36,059 nt of DNA from Octopus bimaculoides (lineage: Eukaryota), in assembly GCF_001194135.2 (NCBI RefSeq), contig NC_068997.1:27148284-27184342 (forward strand), written 5' to 3'. The stretch's first letter is position 1. Every line of letters begins with the position of its first letter. Under the pieces are notes generated by a model. The model made no database searches, was not told where the DNA came from, and saw only the letters and a list, made by a program, of their open reading frames with translations. Positions 34,401-36,059 of this stretch are shown one piece after another. A program made the position numbers and the translations under genes.

Positions 34401-35825
34401 GCCATGTGGGAAGATGAATGGAGGCTTAAGGAGTTCTTTTCTTATCAGAACAATCAGTGTGAGTTTTCTGAGCTGCTGTACCGCATTATTTATGGGATGA
34501 CCCAATATTTTACATTTCATACTTTATGTTTTACATTCATTATATCAATGATATTTACCAATTATTTTTGTTGCTTCAGGGCATTGGAGAATATGTTAAC
34601 TGCCGAACGGGGATGCCATGTCACTTACACCCTACCAGTGCCCTCTTTGGCATGGGCTACAATCCTGACTATATTGTCTACCATGAATTGGTTATGACAT
34701 CCAAGGTAAAATATTCACATGCTGACACTCTTGAACAAACTTTGTTAATTTATTTCATTGCATTGTATTTTATTTGTTGAGTTATTTTTCTCCCTGACTG
34801 GTCACCCTTGCCAAAGCTTACTTGTAAGAAAGGGTCCAAGTAAGAAAGCATTCGGATTACTCTGTATAACAAAATTAAGATTTTTTTTTGCCTTTGGTCA
34901 GTAAGTGTTATTTCCTATTTGCTTCTATCTAGAAATCAAACAAAATGACTACTGTTCCCTTCAGACTTTGCTTTTGTAACCTGAGACACCGATGTTTTGA
35001 AACTGACCTATTTTTCCATTACATTTCAAACAGATTCAGCACTGAGTTGCTGAAGCAGAAATATCATTATAGCAAATATTCTGCTCAATACCACAGATTT
35101 GCCTGTCAGTTGTTTAACCACAACCACTTGAGTATGTCCCTTGGTGGCTGATGATATGAGCAGGAGTAGTTGGAGGAGCACCATAGCCATATATTGAGAG
35201 GGATTCTTTGGGGTTTGAGTAAATGTAACAAAAGCAAAGTTTGAAGGAAATATTAGCCATTCTTTCAATATTTTCTAGGGGTAAGCAAATAGGAAATAAC
35301 AGTTGCTACCCACGGACAAAAGTCATATTGCACAGTGTTATTTTTTTACAGTTTTGAATTAACCCTTTAGCATTCAGATTACTCTGTTAAATGTAATACT
35401 TATTTATTAATATTGTTTTCAATTAATCATGCATTATCTCACCACCATCTCTACCACTAACACTATCACCACCAGTACCACCATCGTCAACCACTACTCC
35501 CACTTCTACCATAACAACCATCATTACTACCACTGTTCTCCACCACCACCGCCACCATTCTTGTCGCCATCACTTCCACCATAGCCACAATGATAACTAC
35601 CATCACTATCACAATCACCATCACCACAACCAATGCCACTCACAACCATTGCCACCAACAGCACTTACCACCACCACCACCACCACCACCACCACTTGGT
35701 ATTAACCTTATCTGTTTCTTTTATTACAGGAATACATGCAATGTGTAACTGCTGTGGATGGTCAGTGGCTAGCAGAGATGGGACCAATGTTTTATACAAT
35801 TAAGGACTCGACAAAGTCAAGACAG
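729..35825 (+). CDS. DHX38: Pre-mRNA splicing factor ATP-dependent RNA helicase PRP16 (DHX38), partial; 10 exons: 729-884, 1295-1395, 2125-2171, 8533-8695, 9436-9600, 22747-22895, 27118-27172, 30465-30599, 34580-34705, 35730-35825
   Basis: The exons join in one frame through GT-AG introns with matching phases (1193 nt). Translation reads [16 protein letters not shown]...[22 protein letters not shown]...[12 protein letters not shown]...[14 protein letters not shown]...[10 protein letters not shown]...[12 protein letters not shown]...[23 protein letters not shown]. This closely matches PRP16/DHX38 as I recall it (motifs IV-VI, HA2, OB-fold). Confidence 0.97.
1295..1395 (+). CDS. DHX38: DHX38 exon ([34 protein letters not shown])
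   Basis: Acceptor ttccag at 1289-1294; donor CAG|GTAAGT. Confidence 0.96.
1525..1839 (-). mobile_element. Tc1-like transposon 5' fragment (TIR plus N-terminal HTH)
   Basis: The minus strand begins TA|CAGGGGTTGGACAAAATAATGGAAACACC and encodes RGQIVG...[26 protein letters not shown]. Confidence 0.7.
2125..2171 (+). CDS. DHX38: DHX38 exon (motif VI: [16 protein letters not shown])
   Basis: Acceptor ctag at 2121-2124; donor GG|GTAAGT; DEAH motif VI QRxGRAGR. Confidence 0.96.
2650..3710 (+). mobile_element. Degraded L2/CR1/Jockey-group LINE reverse transcriptase remnant, interrupted by a short repeat, (TC)n and a gap
   Basis: FWSLVKRI at about 2670; HPIPKRGNP at about 3355; [12 protein letters not shown]...[17 protein letters not shown]...[10 protein letters not shown] at 3501-3700, corresponding to RT motifs PIPKxG and LDISKAFDRVWH. 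Confidence 0.75.
3887..4090 (-). mobile_element. Short element matching the RTE 3' end, with (GAT)n tail
   Basis: CCATGCTGGCATGGGTTG...TTTCTATGGCTGGA is the reverse complement of the 18540-18720 RTE tail. Other copies: 2985-3130 (+), 8817-8995 (-), 14030-14125 (+), 28061-28150 (-). Confidence 0.7.
4615..4720. repeat. (CAT)n microsatellite
   Basis: Direct reading; explains the poly-Ile/poly-Met ORFs. Confidence 0.9.
5441..5794 (-). mobile_element. SINE family A, near full length with internal (CA)n
   Basis: Reverse complement of the 14881-15206 type; both modules present. Confidence 0.75.
5999..7573 (+). mobile_element. Non-autonomous Helitron (gap inside)
   Basis: 5' A|TC start (TCTATATATATAAAAATGAG) followed by (GTCT)n. 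3' hairpin ACCCG-GGCAACGT-CGGGT at 7545-7562, then CTAG|T at 7570-7574. No target-site duplication; inserted between A and T. Confidence 0.72.
6572..7339. other. Assembly gap (N run); other gaps near 3181, 9774, 15207, 17232, 22989, 30940, 32209, 32698
   Basis: Runs of n, mostly flanked by (TA)n, (CT)n or (CA)n. Confidence 0.99.
8533..8695 (+). CDS. DHX38: DHX38 exon ([10 protein letters not shown]...[18 protein letters not shown]...DPPPQ)
   Basis: Acceptor tttcag; donor CAG|GTAAGC; phase 2 entry matches the previous exon. Confidence 0.96.
9142..9250 (+). mobile_element. Possible mariner 5' terminal fragment
   Basis: CAAGGCGGTATCAAAAAGTTCCCAGACT and CAACAGATGGCAGCAC resemble mariner TIR/5' UTR motifs; recalled, not searched. 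Confidence 0.4.
9436..9600 (+). CDS. DHX38: DHX38 exon ([17 protein letters not shown]...[12 protein letters not shown]...AEIL; HA2 domain)
   Basis: Acceptor ccacag; donor CTT|GTAAGT; 55 codons. Confidence 0.96.
9669..10225 (+). mobile_element. Three head-to-tail copies of SINE family B
   Basis: AAGGTGGCAAGCTGG...GTTCTGGGTTCAAATTCTGCTGAGGTCAAATTTACCTTTCATCCTTT motif recurs at about 9670, 9830 and 10110; same family at 26606-26830. Confidence 0.7.
10224..10450. mobile_element. piggyBac-like MITE (TTAA-flanked, imperfect TIRs)
   Basis: Begins TTAA|CCTTTTAGTATTTA and ends TGAATGCTAAAGGG|ATAA. A homologous half copy starting TTAA|CCCTTTAGCATTCAGA is at 35359-35441, and a TIR fragment is at about 5791. 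Confidence 0.6.
11480..13153 (-). CDS. Nested single-pass LRR receptor/adhesion protein (signal peptide, about 12 LRRs, LRRCT, FN3-like, TM, 83-aa tail), 557 aa
   Basis: Uninterrupted ORF. Likely start is AAAAATG at 13153 ([19 protein letters not shown], a signal peptide). Repeated LxxLxLxxNxL motifs ([33 protein letters not shown]). LRRCT is NSLPCNC...C. FN3-like segment is VRIKW...YHICVNA. TM is [23 protein letters not shown]. About 14 NxS/T sequons. AATAAA candidate at 11270-11265. Confidence 0.9.
   Translation of the reverse strand: MLRHALIVTWLFGATLTTSYILNYSPDFMNLKCFNCTYSNVTFFQLSYNNISSISITNNTILQLNFTQNQNDTILINLGSMPNLQGLNVSNNKLLDLPYSLLSYPKWQTLDISSNEIIYLTKPIVTNSLHLHLQNNKIQELSDSLFQDCPNLEKLDLSNNKLKQIKLKTFSNLKNLSSLNLSKNQIQTIYGHLSLSKLNSLDLSENLIQTLSKNMFSEVPLNLNELDLGHNKLTEISSDAFIQLLSLKNFSLQGNNMTKSINSLRLPYHLKNFDLSNCSLQEIDQCPFHNLKDIQNLNLEHNSLPCNCHLNSIINMYGSSVHIKTCRNSSKEIDKALINSLELKCQPQTCDNWNPNINSDASSNLNVSTEIEKGRVRIKWMTSLIVNSFHVSISDSSENQIEDITLKYEHEYSFDTDSAFVTYHICVNALDRDDDIISKKCISVFMKDVNIITGIVAGLLALIPCVFGLIYITCKDRNYHRLNSDMQISTKPVKKSDLQQSNDKKVPAKLASPQENHNQGFQSDDDKLSSQYQNVEKLPQTSVEIPENPNNNQLTYL
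13549..13745 (-). mobile_element. SINE family A, 3' module
   Basis: TTGACTGCAGCTATGCTGGAG...TAGTACTTATTCTATC...GTTGTCAAGC, shared with 5441-5600 and 27466-27640. Confidence 0.65.
14598..14769 (-). mobile_element. tRNA-headed SINE (third family)
   Basis: Minus strand GGCGCATGGCCTAGTGGTTAGGG (A-box-like) followed by GCATTGTGTTCTTGAGCAAAA...; a related fragment lies at about 24900-24970 (+). Confidence 0.55.
14881..15206 (+). mobile_element. SINE family A (tRNA-derived head, microsatellite, second module)
   Basis: CATGGCTGTGTGGTAAGAAGCTTGCTTCCCAACCACATGGTTCTGGGTT...GACCAAAGCCTTGTGAGTGGATTTGGTAGACGGAAACTGA, with at least 8 related copies in the window. Confidence 0.75.
16242..17231. mobile_element. 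Hammerhead-bearing non-coding retroelement (Penelope-like pLTR or retrozyme) with partial-tandem and inverted structure
   Basis: 75-bp direct repeat 16242-16316 = 16802-16876 (560-bp period). Inverted copy 16988-17231 of 16634-16876 (3 mismatches and 1 indel). 16877-16987 is the inverse of 16317-16403 with a triplicated 13-mer. Flanked by (TA)n on both sides; the right end runs into a gap. Confidence 0.65.
16531..16609 (-). ncRNA. Putative minimal type I hammerhead ribozyme
   Basis: The minus strand reads CAUUA-C-AAA-U-CAGG CUGAUGA GGA AUA GACAAAU GGUAAGA AUUUGUU AAA UCU GAAA C CUG GU U / CCUG UUU AA UAAUG. It has the core CUGAUGA and GAAA, helix I (CAGG/CCUG, AAA/UUU, CAUUA/UAAUG), a helix II hairpin, a 2-bp palindromic helix III (ACCUGGU) and a GUU cleavage triplet. 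Folded by hand only. Confidence 0.7.
17368..18720 (+). mobile_element. 5'-truncated RTE-clade LINE remnant (end of RT, Cys-rich finger, C-terminal region, 3' UTR, (GAT)n tail)
   Basis: Broken frames read IAESLPELE...[64 protein letters not shown]. The element ends in (GAT)n at 18701-18720. Confidence 0.88.
19395..19760. repeat. Degenerate minisatellite, unit about 68 bp, 5-6 copies
   Basis: The TGG(G/A/T)TTG...TTTTGAAAAC core recurs at 19456, 19524, 19592, 19660 and 19724 (spacings 68, 68, 68, 64). Confidence 0.8.
20266..20620 (+). mobile_element. SINE family A, diverged full-length copy
   Basis: Head at 20266, second module ending in CAGCATGGCTGTAGTTCAATGATTGAAAC plus an A-rich tail. Confidence 0.65.
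22350..22620. repeat. Degenerate (GATA)/(GACA)n microsatellite
   Basis: Direct reading; explains the low-complexity ORFs at 22110-22713. Confidence 0.85.
22747..22895 (+). CDS. DHX38: DHX38 exon ([20 protein letters not shown]...[18 protein letters not shown])
   Basis: Long pyrimidine tract plus ctag; donor GG|GTGAGT. Not in the ORF track; read by hand. Confidence 0.95.
23095..23680 (+). mobile_element. Mariner-like (maT, reconstructed DD37D) transposase 3' half pseudogene
   Basis: Frameshifted VITSDGD.MPPFIFPH.RLNT...[17 protein letters not shown]...SAPCH...WLSDNF...[16 protein letters not shown]. Ends in the TIR-like aatttagatgacaatttattcac. Confidence 0.85.
25760..26130 (-). mobile_element. 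Related maT/mariner transposase central fragment
   Basis: [45 protein letters not shown], homologous to the GVITSDGDxMPP segment of the other copies. Confidence 0.75.
26606..26830 (+). mobile_element. SINE family B copy
   Basis: Same head and ...GGGGTCAATGTAATTGACT...AAATTTCAGGCCTTGTGCC tail ending in (ATT)n. Confidence 0.7.
27118..27172 (+). CDS. DHX38: DHX38 exon ([18 protein letters not shown])
   Basis: Acceptor ctgtag; donor AAG|GTGAGT; phases match the flanking exons. Confidence 0.94.
27466..27640 (-). mobile_element. SINE family A, 3' module
   Basis: Same motifs as 13549-13745. Confidence 0.6.
29456..29619 (-). mobile_element. SINE family A, head module
   Basis: GCTTTGGTTGAC...GAAGACAATTTTCCCAAGGCACTGTGCTGTGGGACTGAAC...CTTAACCACACAG. 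Further head fragments lie at 442-543 (-), 4129-4255 (+) and 24270-24455 (+). Confidence 0.65.
30465..30599 (+). CDS. DHX38: DHX38 exon ([16 protein letters not shown]...[10 protein letters not shown])
   Basis: Acceptor tttcag; donor AAG|GTAAGC; 45 codons. Confidence 0.96.
31780..32620. repeat. (ACC)n-rich low-complexity array with about 200-bp internal duplication
   Basis: ACAACATCACTTA.CTAG.CACTGCACTCCC occurs three times; a 105-bp block at 32104-32208 is repeated at 32306-32410. Confidence 0.8.
32970..33236. repeat. Degenerate 15-16 bp tandem repeat (GGTTACCTGTTGCCAT-like)
   Basis: Recurrent GTTGCCATGGTTAC-like units. Confidence 0.75.
33874..34426 (-). mobile_element. Second copy of the same maT/mariner 3' half, in opposite orientation
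   Basis: [46 protein letters not shown] (ORF 34266-34520). TA plus TIR CAGGGGGCGGTGAATAAACTGTCATCTAAATT at 33874. Clearly alignable by eye to 23140-23680. Confidence 0.87.
34580..34705 (+). CDS. DHX38: DHX38 exon ([24 protein letters not shown]...YHELVMTSK; OB-fold)
   Basis: Acceptor cttcag; donor AAG|GTAAAA; 42 codons. Confidence 0.96.
35359..35441. mobile_element. Partial copy of the piggyBac-like MITE
   Basis: Reverse complement aligns to about 10367-10450. Confidence 0.6.
35440..35695. repeat. (ACC)n-rich tract just upstream of the last visible exon
   Basis: Direct reading. Confidence 0.85.
35730..35825 (+). CDS. DHX38: DHX38 exon ([32 protein letters not shown])
   Basis: Acceptor ttacag; donor CAG|GTCAGT; 32 codons. 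Confidence 0.95.
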
Positions 35826-36059
35826 GTCAGTCGAATTTCTGTCGTTACTTCACTAATCTTCCTATAATGCCTTACTAACCTCCACCAAATCTGTGCAGAG
35901 ATAATTTAGATTTTGACAATCTTAGCTTTGGTCCTTGTTTTGGGTGCACCTGTATGAACTAATCTTGACATGGTCCACCTCGGGTTTCCCAGGTAGGCCT
36001 GTTTGCAACTGGATTAAATCCAAAGAGGTTGAAATCTCAGTGATATATATATATATATA

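Noticed and set aside
729-35825. Non-canonical (U12-type or GC-AG) introns in DHX38
   Set aside because: All nine internal introns are GT-AG with U2-type donors.

Overview
This is AT-rich eukaryotic genomic DNA, dense in microsatellites and transposons, with several N gaps. The repeat content resembles an octopus/cephalopod genome; that is my inference and was not checked. The backbone is ten consecutive coding exons (729-35825, + strand, all introns GT-AG, 1193 nt, reading frame continuous) of the spliceosomal DEAH-box helicase DHX38/PRP16, covering RecA2, HA2 and OB-fold. The start and end of the gene lie outside the window. The 13.1-kb intron at 9601-22746 holds the two notable items. (1) An intact antisense nested gene with a single coding exon (11480-13153, 557 aa) encodes a signal peptide, about 12 LRRs, LRRCT, an FN3-like domain, a TM helix and a tail ending in a PDZ-type motif. 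This is FLRT/LRRTM-like, with no TIR domain. (2) A young, roughly 1-kb non-coding element (16242 to beyond 17231) sits between (TA)n tracts. It is built from a 560-bp unit with a partial tandem repeat and a fold-back inverted copy. It carries a hand-folded minimal type I hammerhead ribozyme with a palindromic helix III (16531-16609, - strand), the signature of Penelope-like elements and retrozymes. The remaining intronic DNA contains RTE and L2/CR1-type LINE remnants (the RTE with a PHD-like finger), Tc1 and maT/mariner fragments, a non-autonomous Helitron, a piggyBac-like MITE, several SINE families and minisatellites. Repeat boundaries are approximate.
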